From an uncultured Oscillospiraceae bacterium (GTDB taxonomy: Bacteria; Bacillota; Clostridia; Oscillospirales; Acutalibacteraceae): 64,000 bases of DNA. The stretch spans positions 2-64,001 of the forward strand of contig CASEMN010000014.1 in assembly GCA_949289045.1 (NCBI GenBank). Reading direction: 5' to 3'. Within the stretch, counting starts at the first letter, position 1. Every line of letters begins with the position of its first letter. Below the pieces are notes generated by a model. That model was not told the DNA's origin. It searched no databases and worked only from the letters and a program-made list of their open reading frames with translations. Shown one piece after another: positions 46,026-55,910 of this stretch. Made by a program: the position numbers and the translations under genes.

Positions 46026-47333
46026 ATGTCACTTTATGAGGAAATCGTAAAAGGCGAAAAAAAAATTTCCCTTGTAGGCCTTGGATATGTTGGTATGCCT
46101 ATTGCGGTAGCTTTTTCAAAAAAGGTAAAGGTAGTAGGTTTTGATTTAAATGAAAAGAAAATAGAAATGTATAAAAACGGTAAGGATCCCACAGGAGAAG
46201 TGGGGGATGAAGAAATTAAAAGATGCAGCGTTGAATTTACATCAAATCCTGAAAAACTCAGGGAAGCGAGTTTTCATATTGTAGCCGTTCCTACTCCCAT
46301 AAACGAGGATAAAACTCCTGATCTAACTCCCGTTATCAGCGCCAGCAAAATATTGGGAAAAAACCTAACGAAAGGAAGTATAGTCGTTTATGAATCGACG
46401 GTTTATCCGGGTGTTACTGAGGAGATATGTGTTCCTATTCTCGAGGAGGAATCAGGGCTTAAATGCGGCAGGGACTTTAAAGTCGGATATTCTCCGGAAA
46501 GGATAAATCCCGGCGATAAAGTGCATCGTCTTGAAACCATTGTAAAAATAGTTTCCGGTATGGATAAAGAGACTCTTGAAGAGGTAGCCAAAGTTTATTC
46601 ACTTGTGGCGCTTGCGGGGGTTTACAAAGCTGAGAGTATAAAAGTGGCCGAAGCGGCAAAGGTAATTGAGAATTCCCAGAGAGATATAAATATAGCTTTT
46701 ATGAATGAGCTTGCAATGATATTTGAAAAAATGGGTATAGATACAAAGCACGTTATTGAAGCGGCCGGTACAAAGTGGAATTTCCTGAAATTTCAGCCGG
46801 GACTTGTGGGCGGTCACTGTATAGGTGTTGACCCTTACTACCTTACCTATAAGGCAAATAAGCTGGGGTATGATTCACAGGTTATTCTCGCCGGCAGGAG
46901 AATAAACGATTCCATGGGAAAATATGTAGCTGAGAGAACTGTTAAAAAGCTCATCGCCCATAATGTCAATGTTAAAAGTGCAAAGGTTGGTATACTGGGC
47001 TTTACCTTTAAGGAGAATTGTCCAGATACAAGAAACACACGTATAATTGACATTGTGCGGGAGCTTGAGGAATACGGTATTGAACCGGTTGTGTGTGATC
47101 CCGTTGCTGACGCAGAAGAAGCCAAAGAGGAATACGGAATAGAGCTGAAAAAGCAGGACGCTCTTAAAAATCTCGATACTCTTATAGTGGCGGTTGCCCA
47201 TGATGAATTTAAAAAACTTGATGAAAAGGATTTTGAGAATTTACTGTGTAAAAACGGTATTGTTGCGGATATAAAGGGAATATATGAGAGAGAAGATTTT
47301 GAGAAAAACGGCTATTCATACTGGCGTTTTTAA
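46026..47333 (+). CDS. Nucleotide-sugar 6-dehydrogenase, TviB/WbpO-like (UDP-GlcNAc/GalNAc dehydrogenase type)
   Basis: Start at MSLYEEIV behind GGAGG. Motifs GLGYVGMP, VGYSPERINPGD and GGHCIGVDPYYL. Confidence 0.8.
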   Translation: MSLYEEIVKGEKKISLVGLGYVGMPIAVAFSKKVKVVGFDLNEKKIEMYKNGKDPTGEVGDEEIKRCSVEFTSNPEKLREASFHIVAVPTPINEDKTPDLTPVISASKILGKNLTKGSIVVYESTVYPGVTEEICVPILEEESGLKCGRDFKVGYSPERINPGDKVHRLETIVKIVSGMDKETLEEVAKVYSLVALAGVYKAESIKVAEAAKVIENSQRDINIAFMNELAMIFEKMGIDTKHVIEAAGTKWNFLKFQPGLVGGHCIGVDPYYLTYKANKLGYDSQVILAGRRINDSMGKYVAERTVKKLIAHNVNVKSAKVGILGFTFKENCPDTRNTRIIDIVRELEEYGIEPVVCDPVADAEEAKEEYGIELKKQDALKNLDTLIVAVAHDEFKKLDEKDFENLLCKNGIVADIKGIYEREDFEKNGYSYWRF

Positions 47334-47344
47334 GGAGGAAAGCT

Positions 47345-48322
47345 ATGGGATACGAACAGATAAAATTTCCTGAGGGAACAAAATTCACCGTTACAGGGGG
47401 AGCGGGCTTTATCGGCTCAAATCTGTGTGAAGCTATTCTGAAAAAGGGATGTAAAGTATGCTGCCTTGACGACTTCTCCAGAGGCAGAAGAGAAAATATA
47501 AAGGAATTTCTACCCCATCCGGATTTTCAGCTGGTTGAAGGAGATATAAGAAATTTCGATACCTGTATGAAAGTTAGTGAAAATTCAGATTTCGTGCTTC
47601 ATCAGGCAGCATGGGGAAGTGTCCCCGCAAGTATCGAAAAACCTCTTGTTTATGAGGAAATAAATATTAAAGGAACCCTCAATATGATGGAAGCCGCCAA
47701 AAGACAGGGGGTTAAAAAATTTGTCTATGCCTCCAGTTCTTCTGTTTACGGAGACTCACCGACGCTTCCCAAAAAAGAGGGGTGTGAAGGTAGTCCCCTT
47801 TCGCCCTATGCCATTACAAAAAGAGCATGTGAAGAATACGCGAAGCTTTATAAAAAGCTTTACGGCCTTGATACCTATGGGCTGAGATACTTTAATATCT
47901 TCGGAAGACGTCAGGACCCGGAGGGCGAATATGCCGCTGTGCTACCGAGGTTTATAAAACTGCTGTTGTCCGATAAGGCGCCGACAATAAACGGAGATGG
48001 AATGCAATCGAGAGATTTTACGTATATTGAAAATGTAATAGAGGCTAATTTCAAAGCCTGCTTTGCACCATCCGAATGCGCCGGTGAGGTTTATAATATT
48101 GCCTGCGGAGAGCGGGAATATCTTATTGATATATACAGATTCCTTTGTGAAATTCTCGGTAAGGATATAGACCCTGTTTTCGCACCCGATAGAAAAGGCG
48201 ATATAAAGCATTCAAATGCAGATATTTCAAAAGCAAGGGAAAAGATTGGATATTCACCGGATTATGATTTTAAGAAAGGCATAATGCTTGCAATCGATTG
48301 GTACAAAGAAAATCTTGTTTGA
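47345..48322 (+). CDS. NAD-dependent sugar-nucleotide 4-epimerase, TviC/WbpP-like
   Basis: Rossmann VTGGAGFIGSNL, catalytic YAITK, and the same operon as the dehydrogenase. Confidence 0.8.
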   Translation: MGYEQIKFPEGTKFTVTGGAGFIGSNLCEAILKKGCKVCCLDDFSRGRRENIKEFLPHPDFQLVEGDIRNFDTCMKVSENSDFVLHQAAWGSVPASIEKPLVYEEINIKGTLNMMEAAKRQGVKKFVYASSSSVYGDSPTLPKKEGCEGSPLSPYAITKRACEEYAKLYKKLYGLDTYGLRYFNIFGRRQDPEGEYAAVLPRFIKLLLSDKAPTINGDGMQSRDFTYIENVIEANFKACFAPSECAGEVYNIACGEREYLIDIYRFLCEILGKDIDPVFAPDRKGDIKHSNADISKAREKIGYSPDYDFKKGIMLAIDWYKENLV

Positions 48323-48334
48323 AGGTGATGAAAA

Positions 48335-49417
48335 ATGAGAATAGGTTTTTTGATACCATCTTTAGCGGTGGGAGGTGCAGAGAGAGCAACCGTAGCCTTA
48401 GGTAACTGTATGGCTCATATGGGTCACGAGGTGTTCATAATAACCCTCCATGACGGAGAAAATTTTTATGACGCAGACGGGAAAATAAGAATTTTCCCAT
48501 TGGCCTTTAAGGAAGAGGACGACGGAAAAATAAAGAAAAGTTTAAAAAAAGCTTACAATCTGCGAAGAGTGCTGAAAAACATCGGACTTGATGTTATAAT
48601 AGCCATGAGCAGCCTTATGGCGGCTTATGGCGTTTTTGCCTGTGCTTTTACAGGTACAAAATCGATTGGCAGCGAAAGAAGCAATCCGTACCGTCATTAT
48701 CCCGATTTTCCCTTTTCAGCAATAAAAAAACTTGCGGCGTTGATGTCAGACGGATATGTTTTTCAGACTCAGGCTGCCAGTCAATATTATCCTAAAAAAG
48801 CTGTCAAAAAGGGAATTGTAATTCCAAACGGAATTTTCGGAGATATTCCTGATGAAGTAGTCCCTTTTGATATGCGTGAAAAAAAGATTTACGCAATGGG
48901 AAGACTTGCTCCCGAAAAGGGATTCGATGTACTTTTAAAAGCTTTTGCTCTTTTTTCTGAAAAGCACAGCGATTATACCCTAACGGTGTTCGGAGAAGGA
49001 AAGCTTCACAAAGACCTTGAAGAGCTTGCGGAAAGTCTTGGTGTTTCTCAAAAGGTGAGTTTCCCGGGGGCTGATAAAGCCGCCTGTGAAAAAATGTCCG
49101 GCGGCAGGATGTTTGTGCTTTCTTCACGTTTTGAGGGAATGCCCAATGTACTGATTGAAGCTATGGCCTGCGGAATGCCGGTTATTGCGGCAAATTGTCC
49201 TATGGGACCGTCAGAGCTTATAACTAATGTTGAAAACGGGATTTTGGTGAAAGTTGACGATGTTGAGGGTCTTGCTGCGGCTATGTGTGAGCTTGCAGAG
49301 GACGATTTTCTTTCACAAAGGCTTTCAGAAAATGCCTTAAAGACAAGAGAAAAACTTTCACAGGAAAAAATAACGGAAAAGTGGCTTCAATATGCTTCTG
49401 AAATAATGGAGAAATAA
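48335..49417 (+). CDS. Glycosyltransferase family 4 (GT-B)
   Basis: N-terminal GGAERA motif and C-terminal EGMPNVLIEAMACGMPVI (E-x7-E) motif. Confidence 0.85.
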   Translation: MRIGFLIPSLAVGGAERATVALGNCMAHMGHEVFIITLHDGENFYDADGKIRIFPLAFKEEDDGKIKKSLKKAYNLRRVLKNIGLDVIIAMSSLMAAYGVFACAFTGTKSIGSERSNPYRHYPDFPFSAIKKLAALMSDGYVFQTQAASQYYPKKAVKKGIVIPNGIFGDIPDEVVPFDMREKKIYAMGRLAPEKGFDVLLKAFALFSEKHSDYTLTVFGEGKLHKDLEELAESLGVSQKVSFPGADKAACEKMSGGRMFVLSSRFEGMPNVLIEAMACGMPVIAANCPMGPSELITNVENGILVKVDDVEGLAAAMCELAEDDFLSQRLSENALKTREKLSQEKITEKWLQYASEIMEK

Positions 49418-49641
49418 TTTGCCTGAGTCTGTGCTCAGGCACAGCGGAATAATATTGTACGCTGAATTACAGTAAAAGAAAAAGTGCTGCGTAAGATTTG
49501 CATTATAAGTTCCTTTTCAATATTTGGAGTTTTTTGATTTACTGTGCAATATCTATCCATTGGGTTAATATAAAAAGGATGTTTTAACAGCAAAAAGGGA
49601 ATTTAATTCCCTTTTACATAAGGAATAATATAAAAGGGGGT

Positions 49642-50673
49642 ATGTGTGTGAAAATTCTTGTTTTGCTTACAGGAGGAACAATCGGAAGCAGTGTTTCAGG
49701 GGGAGTAATCAGTGCCGACGAGGGAACTTCTTCCTTGCTTACGCAGCTGTATCATCAGCAATACGGAAGAAATCATGTCTTTACCGTAAAACGGATAATG
49801 AACACATTAAGCGAGAATTTAGGTAAGGATACTCTTTCGCAAATGTTTACATCAATTCTTTCGGAGAATCTTTCCGGTTACGACGGACTTATAATAACTC
49901 ACGGAACGGATTCTCTTGCTTTTTCGGCTCCTCTGGCAGCCTTTGTTTTAAGGACGCTTCCCTGTCCCGTAGCCATAGTTTCGGCAAATTATCCTCTTGA
50001 GGATAAAAGAAGCAATGGTGTTTACAATTTTGCTTCGGCGGTTGCTCTTCTGGGTAGCGGGGAAGCTGAAAACGGTCAGGTATATGTGCCTTGGAGAAAC
50101 GGGCAGGGAGAAAATCTTATACATCTGGCCGCAAGAGTACGCAGGGCTGATTGTTACAGCGATGATGTAACCTCTTTCGGCTCGGAGCCATTTGGAGAGG
50201 TTAAAAACGGAATATTTGTAAAGAACAAAAATCTGAAGGAAATGCCAAGGAATGATTTTAATTTTAGTCCTTCTTCCTTTGAAATTAAAAGGAATGTCCT
50301 TGTTCTTACTGCATATCCCACATTCGATTATTCCGTCATTAATTTTAATGAGGATAACCGCCCCTGTGCAGTGCTCCAATGCCTTTACCATTCTGCAACG
50401 GCCTGTACGCAGGGAAAAAATGAGTCCGCCTGTGATTTTATCATCAAATGCAAAGAAGAAGGAATACCTGTTTACGGATGTTCCTTTAAGTATACGTCCG
50501 GCAGGTTTTATGAAACCGCAGTAAAACTTTTGGAAAGCGGACTTATCCCTCTTGAGAATATATCGGAGGAAGCGGCGTTTGCCAAGCTTACTTTTGCCTA
50601 CAACTGTGGATTTGAAAACATAGAGGAGATTATTGATAAAAATCTCTGTTCGGAAATACTGCCTCGTTCATAG
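49642..50673 (+). CDS. L-asparaginase-family protein
   Basis: LLTGGTIGS and ITHGTDSL motifs. GTG 49648 has better spacing from the RBS than ATG 49642. Confidence 0.75.
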   Translation: MCVKILVLLTGGTIGSSVSGGVISADEGTSSLLTQLYHQQYGRNHVFTVKRIMNTLSENLGKDTLSQMFTSILSENLSGYDGLIITHGTDSLAFSAPLAAFVLRTLPCPVAIVSANYPLEDKRSNGVYNFASAVALLGSGEAENGQVYVPWRNGQGENLIHLAARVRRADCYSDDVTSFGSEPFGEVKNGIFVKNKNLKEMPRNDFNFSPSSFEIKRNVLVLTAYPTFDYSVINFNEDNRPCAVLQCLYHSATACTQGKNESACDFIIKCKEEGIPVYGCSFKYTSGRFYETAVKLLESGLIPLENISEEAAFAKLTFAYNCGFENIEEIIDKNLCSEILPRS

Positions 50674-50762
50674 GGCTAATTTGACTATCATTAAGGTTAT
50701 ATAGTATAATGTAAAAAGTAGTGATAAATGTCACATTGTGTCTTTTTACGAAAGGTGAGTGT

Positions 50763-51731
50763 ATGATGTTTAAAAAAGTGGTAGCAGGTCTTCTTGCCAT
50801 AACCCTTTGTTTTGGTATGGCTGCCTGCGGTGAAAACGAGGACGAAGAAACAACTGATGCAAATTCCAACACGGAAGTTAGCATTAACGATGATCCATAT
50901 GTACCGTTTCCGCCATATGAAGAAGATGCTGGAGATGAAGAAGGCGCTAACAGCGGAAACGTTAGTTCAAATAGCGGTAGTGATTCCGACGTTGCTCCTA
51001 CATCAAATACTGTCAGGGTCACTCTTACAGAGGGCATGACACTGGTAAAAATGTCATGGGCTTTGGAAGATGCGGGAGTTTGTTCTTCGGAAGCATTTAT
51101 TGAAGCGGCACAGAATACAGATTTTTCAAAATATCCCCTTGTAGCCGCTGCTATGAAAGAGCCTAACGTCTGCGTTAAACTTGAAGGATATCTTAAACCT
51201 GATACATATGAATTTTATAAAAATGAATCTCCGGAGCAGGTTCTGGACAAGCTTATAAGTGCAATGGAATCCTCCATAACTTCACAGATGCGTTCCCGTG
51301 CAGCACAGCTCGGTTATTCAATGCATGAAATTCTTACATTGGCTTCCATTGTCGAAAAAGAGGGTCAGACCGCAGAGCAGAGAAAGAATGTAGCCTCTGT
51401 TCTTCACAATCGTCTTAAAACGGGAATGCAGCTTCAGTGCGACGCTACTACAAATTATGTTGAATATGTAATCGGAACGGAAATATATGATAAAAACGAT
51501 CAGCAGCAATATAAATATTATGATCTCTATAGACGTTATTACAGCACAAAGCGCTGCGAAGGTCTTCCGGCAGGGCCCATCTGCAACCCGTCGCTGCAGT
51601 CAATAAATGCTGCTCTTTATCCGGCAGATACAAATTATCTGTATTTCGCTATTGTTGACGGTCAGGCTCTCTATGCAGAAGATTTTGCCACTCATCAGGC
51701 TAACTGTGATAAGCTGGGCATTCAGTACTAA
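50763..51731 (+). CDS. mltG: Endolytic murein transglycosylase MltG (YceG-like) lipoprotein
   Basis: Start at MMFKKVV (lipobox GMAAC). YceG motifs LASIVEKEG, SVLHNRL, LQCDATTNY and GLPAGPICNPS. Confidence 0.85.
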   Translation: MMFKKVVAGLLAITLCFGMAACGENEDEETTDANSNTEVSINDDPYVPFPPYEEDAGDEEGANSGNVSSNSGSDSDVAPTSNTVRVTLTEGMTLVKMSWALEDAGVCSSEAFIEAAQNTDFSKYPLVAAAMKEPNVCVKLEGYLKPDTYEFYKNESPEQVLDKLISAMESSITSQMRSRAAQLGYSMHEILTLASIVEKEGQTAEQRKNVASVLHNRLKTGMQLQCDATTNYVEYVIGTEIYDKNDQQQYKYYDLYRRYYSTKRCEGLPAGPICNPSLQSINAALYPADTNYLYFAIVDGQALYAEDFATHQANCDKLGIQY

Positions 51732-51748
51732 AAGGAGGTAAAGGTTTT

Positions 51749-51949
51749 ATGAAAATAAGACTTAACGAAAATGAGGAAATAGTAAAATCCGTAAAAGAAG
51801 GTCTTGAGAAAACCGGAGGTTACTGTCCTTGTCGCCTTGAGAGAACTGAAGATACAAAATGTATGTGTAAGGAGTTCAGGGATCAGATAAAAGATCCCAA
51901 CTTTACCGGTTATTGTCACTGTCTTCTTTATTATAAGGAAAACGACTGA
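51749..51949 (+). CDS. Ferredoxin-thioredoxin-reductase catalytic-subunit-like small Cys-rich protein
   Basis: CPC...CMC...CHC cysteine pattern (YCPCRLERTEDTKCMCKEF...GYCHCLLY). AAGGAGG RBS, 17 nt after mltG. Confidence 0.7.
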   Translation: MKIRLNENEEIVKSVKEGLEKTGGYCPCRLERTEDTKCMCKEFRDQIKDPNFTGYCHCLLYYKEND

Positions 51950-52075
51950 TTTTACCCTTGGTTAGTAAGTCGTTAGGCGGGTTACTTTTTCATACTTTCT
52001 ACAAAAAAGCTTCTCTGCACCTATGGGCTAAGAGGAGCTTTTTCTTTTTAACTAAAAACAGGACTGATGTGAAAA

Positions 52076-52906
52076 TCAGTCCTGTTCTTCTTTATCTTTT
52101 TTTCTGTAGCTGTTAGGTGAAACGCCGTAGTACTTTTTAAAATCTCTGCTGAACTGAAAAGGTGAGGAGTACCCAAGTTTTTCCGAAACCTTATTTATTG
52201 AAAAATCGCTTGTCTGTAAAATCTGAGCAGCATTTTGCATTTTAACTTTAATTAAATACTGCTTAGGGGTAATCCCTGTATATTTTAAAAACATTGAGCG
52301 AAAACTCCTTTCGCTCATATGGCTTTCTTCTGCAAGCTGTTTAACGGATATGTTTTCCGAAACCCTGTCACGCATACTCTGCATTATCTTTGCAAAGTTT
52401 TCGGTGCTTTCGTTTTCAGACTTTTTAAGGGATAAAACTAATCTATAAAAGTGTTCTTTAAAAATCGTATTTACAAGGCTAAGGCAATAGGGGTCAAGGT
52501 CATCCTCTTCAAAGCTTAAAATCTCATTCATTCGTGAAATCTCATCTTCCTTTATTGAAGCTTTGTAAATTTCACCCTGAGTGAAAAACGGTACGGATTT
52601 CGCTGTAAAGTTAAACCAGTAATAGTTTAAAATATCCGAATGGGAGCAATAGCTGATAATATCAGAAACGGGAAGAATAATGAATTCGTCGCTGTGAAGG
52701 CAGATTGTTCTTTCTGTGCATATGAGGCACATTGTACCTTTTAAAATTCTGATAAGAGCAAAAGAGCCTTTGGGATAAAAGTTTTTCTCGTAAGCAGTAC
52801 GGGTGTATTCGTAACTTCCGTCAGTGGTCACATCCCAAACAGAAAGTAATTCTGGAGAAAAGTTGTCAGCTTTGTCGAGAATATAAAATTTTCTTGCTTT
52901 GTACAT
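52076..52906 (-). CDS. AraC-family transcriptional regulator
   Basis: C-terminal double HTH (...SVKQLAEESHMSERSFRSMFLKYTGITPKQYL...SEKLGYSSPFQFSRDFKKYYGVSP). Divergent from the 53211 gene. Confidence 0.9.
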   Translation of the reverse strand: MYKARKFYILDKADNFSPELLSVWDVTTDGSYEYTRTAYEKNFYPKGSFALIRILKGTMCLICTERTICLHSDEFIILPVSDIISYCSHSDILNYYWFNFTAKSVPFFTQGEIYKASIKEDEISRMNEILSFEEDDLDPYCLSLVNTIFKEHFYRLVLSLKKSENESTENFAKIMQSMRDRVSENISVKQLAEESHMSERSFRSMFLKYTGITPKQYLIKVKMQNAAQILQTSDFSINKVSEKLGYSSPFQFSRDFKKYYGVSPNSYRKKDKEEQD

Positions 52907-53210
52907 TTCATCCAGTCTCCTTAAATTTGCCGTTTTTGTTATTTAGTAAGGGGATTTACTTCTGTTTTTGATATTTAAGGTATTTCTTTCAGGTGGTATA
53001 ATTTCCATAAGCTTTACGGCTTAATATTTCCTTACTGAATATAGAAGTAATTGTAACCTATATCATTATAATCTAAAAAGTTTCTATGTCAATAATTGGA
53101 AATGATTTATAAATTGAAAAATATTGATAAAACAAAGAGAAATTATAATTAATTCAGGTTTATAAAATAGAAAAGCATACATATAAAAATTAAGGAGGAA
53201 GGTACAGAAA

Positions 53211-55349
53211 ATGAGTAAATACTGGGTGATTTCAGGGGAGGAATACAAAAGTAAAATTTCTATTGCCGATGATATTCTTACTTTGGAAAACGGTCTTATA
53301 AAAAGGATCATTAATGTAAACCAAGGTACGGTTTCACTGAGTAATCCCGAACAGGGAAGGGAATATCTCAGCGAAAATGTAAGCGATGTTGAGCTTACGA
53401 TTGACGGCAATGTGATAGATTTTTATAAAGAGGCTCAATTTGTAAAAAGCGAAAAAATTTCTACAATAGCCGATGTCCATTATGAACCTACAAAATGCGC
53501 AACAGAAAAAATGCCCTATCCTGCGAAGGGCGAAGGCATAAAGCTTATTTATCAAGGCGGAAATTTCGAATACCATATTATCTATGAAATTTTCGACAAT
53601 ATTCCCGTTATATGCAAAAGGCTGCACATAATAAATAAAAGCAGAAAAACTGTTACTATAAACAGATATGCAAACGATGCTCTGAGAATAAATAAAGATA
53701 ATTATTCCATGTTTTACGGCGAAACCAGCTATAACGGCGGCTGTGCTCTTAACAGCAACCGAACCCTTTCTGTAAGATATGAAAACGGTACGCTGCGAAT
53801 GATGTTTGACGTAGGTCCCGATGCTGATTTAAAGGCTGGAGAAACTTTTACCGGCCTTCGCAGTTATGAGCTGGTACACACTGCTAAATATTACGAACAG
53901 AAGATGATAGAAGTAAAACAGATGTACCGTCATATAGCGCCGTGGGTACTTGAAAGTCCCTTTATTTATCACATTCTTTCAGATAATTCTTTCAGAATCC
54001 GAAAAGCTATGGATGAAATATCTGAAATAGGTTTTGATTCGCTTATTCAGTCTTTCGGCAGCAAAGTAAATCTTGAAAGCAGACGCGATGGATACATAAA
54101 AAAGCATAAGAATATATACGATTACGGCAAACAAAAGGGTCTTGAAGTCGGCGGTTATACTCTTGCAATAGTAAAGGATTATCGTCCGGTAAAGGGTCCT
54201 GAATGTAACGTGTATGCTGACCCTAAGGGGAAAATAATGCGCTGCCTTGCAACAGAATGGTCAACTCAGTACTGGAAGGATATACTTAATTTTTATGATA
54301 AAACAGGGGCAAATGCAATAGAAATTGATGGACCTTATCATTTTTACCAATGCGAAGGAGGAGAGACTCACCTTCATAAGGGCCTTTCCGACAGCCGTTA
54401 TCTGCAGTGGAAGCTTTCTACGGAAGATGTTTTTAAAGAGCTCAGAGAGCGAAATGTATATATTAATACGCCAGACTGGATGTTCCTTAATGGTACCAAT
54501 AAAACGGGCATAGGTTATGAAGAAATCGCTTTTTCTGAGCCGAGAAAGCATCAGCTTATATCTTCGAGAATTTATAACTACAAGGGAACTTTCGGAAAAA
54601 TTCCTTCAATGGGCTGGAGCTTTATACCTCTTTCGGTTTATCACGGCGGAGGAAAGGCAGCGTCCTTTGCGCCGCTGGGCAAAAATCTTTTCGATTATGA
54701 ATGGTCTGTATTTCAGCATGTAATGAGCGGCGTTTTACCCTGCTTTAGAGGCAAAAGACTTTTTGACGATGAAAAAAGTAAGGCAATGCTGAAAAAATGG
54801 GTGGCTTTTTATAAAAAGTATAAGAAGGTTATAAACGGAATAACAGTCCACTTTATGCCTCCGGTAATTGATGAAAATAATAAGGGAAGAACCAAAGACC
54901 TTGACTGTATTCTGAACGTTATTCCTTACGGAGAGGTAAGGGGAATACTGGCGGTCTTTAATCAAACTGACAGAGAGATTAAAAAAACAATCAAAGTGCC
55001 GCTGTACTACACCAATATTGTTGATGTCAATGAAATTCCCGCCCCATATAAGGGCAGTGGCATAACTGAGGTAAAGAATCCCGTCTACGGTGAATATCCG
55101 CCGCCATATCCTGTTGAAACCGAAGAGGAGGCAGAGGGAACCGAGTCGCAGTGGTACGGAAGAAGTCAGATAGTTGCCCATGAGGAAATAGAGGAAAATA
55201 TTAAAACTTCCATTATCGGTGAAGCTGAATTTATAAAAGAAGAAAAAGTAAGCGAAAAGGTTTCGGTGGACTCAAATGCCGACGCTGAACTTTATGTAAA
55301 TCTTCCGCCCATGAGTTATACATATTATATAATAAAGAAAACAATATAA
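53211..55349 (+). CDS. 712-aa cytoplasmic protein, possibly a glycoside hydrolase; family not recognised
   Basis: Strong RBS and a long clean ORF. The function guess rests only on size and the adjacent AraC regulator. Confidence 0.4.
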   Translation: MSKYWVISGEEYKSKISIADDILTLENGLIKRIINVNQGTVSLSNPEQGREYLSENVSDVELTIDGNVIDFYKEAQFVKSEKISTIADVHYEPTKCATEKMPYPAKGEGIKLIYQGGNFEYHIIYEIFDNIPVICKRLHIINKSRKTVTINRYANDALRINKDNYSMFYGETSYNGGCALNSNRTLSVRYENGTLRMMFDVGPDADLKAGETFTGLRSYELVHTAKYYEQKMIEVKQMYRHIAPWVLESPFIYHILSDNSFRIRKAMDEISEIGFDSLIQSFGSKVNLESRRDGYIKKHKNIYDYGKQKGLEVGGYTLAIVKDYRPVKGPECNVYADPKGKIMRCLATEWSTQYWKDILNFYDKTGANAIEIDGPYHFYQCEGGETHLHKGLSDSRYLQWKLSTEDVFKELRERNVYINTPDWMFLNGTNKTGIGYEEIAFSEPRKHQLISSRIYNYKGTFGKIPSMGWSFIPLSVYHGGGKAASFAPLGKNLFDYEWSVFQHVMSGVLPCFRGKRLFDDEKSKAMLKKWVAFYKKYKKVINGITVHFMPPVIDENNKGRTKDLDCILNVIPYGEVRGILAVFNQTDREIKKTIKVPLYYTNIVDVNEIPAPYKGSGITEVKNPVYGEYPPPYPVETEEEAEGTESQWYGRSQIVAHEEIEENIKTSIIGEAEFIKEEKVSEKVSVDSNADAELYVNLPPMSYTYYIIKKTI

Positions 55350-55412
55350 ATTAAAGCAAAAACGGGAACCTTTTAAAGGCTCCCGTTTACTTTGTTAGAA
55401 AACGATAATGTC

Positions 55413-55910
55413 TTAAGGGGCAGAATCAGATTTTGCTTTTCCGGATTTAACTCTTTTATAAATCAAACCTAATATGAAAAACACTAATGCGGCAAAAGCT
55501 ATGCCGGCGGCTGCTCCTAAGCTGTCAATAAATACGTCGAAGGCTCGGCAGGCACGTCCGGGAATAAAAAGCTGATGTACTTCGTCGGTTACAGCATAAA
55601 TCGCCGATAAAATCCAGCCCCATATTAAACACTTTCTTTTTAAAGTGAAGGAAAAAGCGCAGAAACTTACGGCTCCTAAAAGAGCGTATTCTGAAAAATG
55701 GGCGGCTTTTCTTAAAAATACATGAGAAATTTCAAAGGGGATTATCTCCAAAATTCGATTGAGCAGCCCCTGACTGAGCTCCTTAGAGCCTTCTGCTGAC
55801 TGAGCAGAAAAAGAGAATATAATATACATTACAAGTGCTGTTATAAACCATAAAAAAATTAGCAAACAGGTTCTCTTTTTACCTGACAAAGAAAAGATTT
55901 TATCAGTCAT
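55413..55910 (-). CDS. VanZ-family membrane protein
   Basis: RKAAHFSEYALLG and DEVHQLFIPGR motifs. ATG 55910 overlaps the end of the upstream gene by 8 nt. Confidence 0.8.
   Translation of the reverse strand: MTDKIFSLSGKKRTCLLIFLWFITALVMYIIFSFSAQSAEGSKELSQGLLNRILEIIPFEISHVFLRKAAHFSEYALLGAVSFCAFSFTLKRKCLIWGWILSAIYAVTDEVHQLFIPGRACRAFDVFIDSLGAAAGIAFAALVFFILGLIYKRVKSGKAKSDSAP

Noticed and set aside
53084-53410. 108-aa minus-strand ORF
   Set aside because: It overlaps the RBS and 5' end of the well-supported 712-aa gene. It is hydrophobic low-complexity sequence with no RBS.
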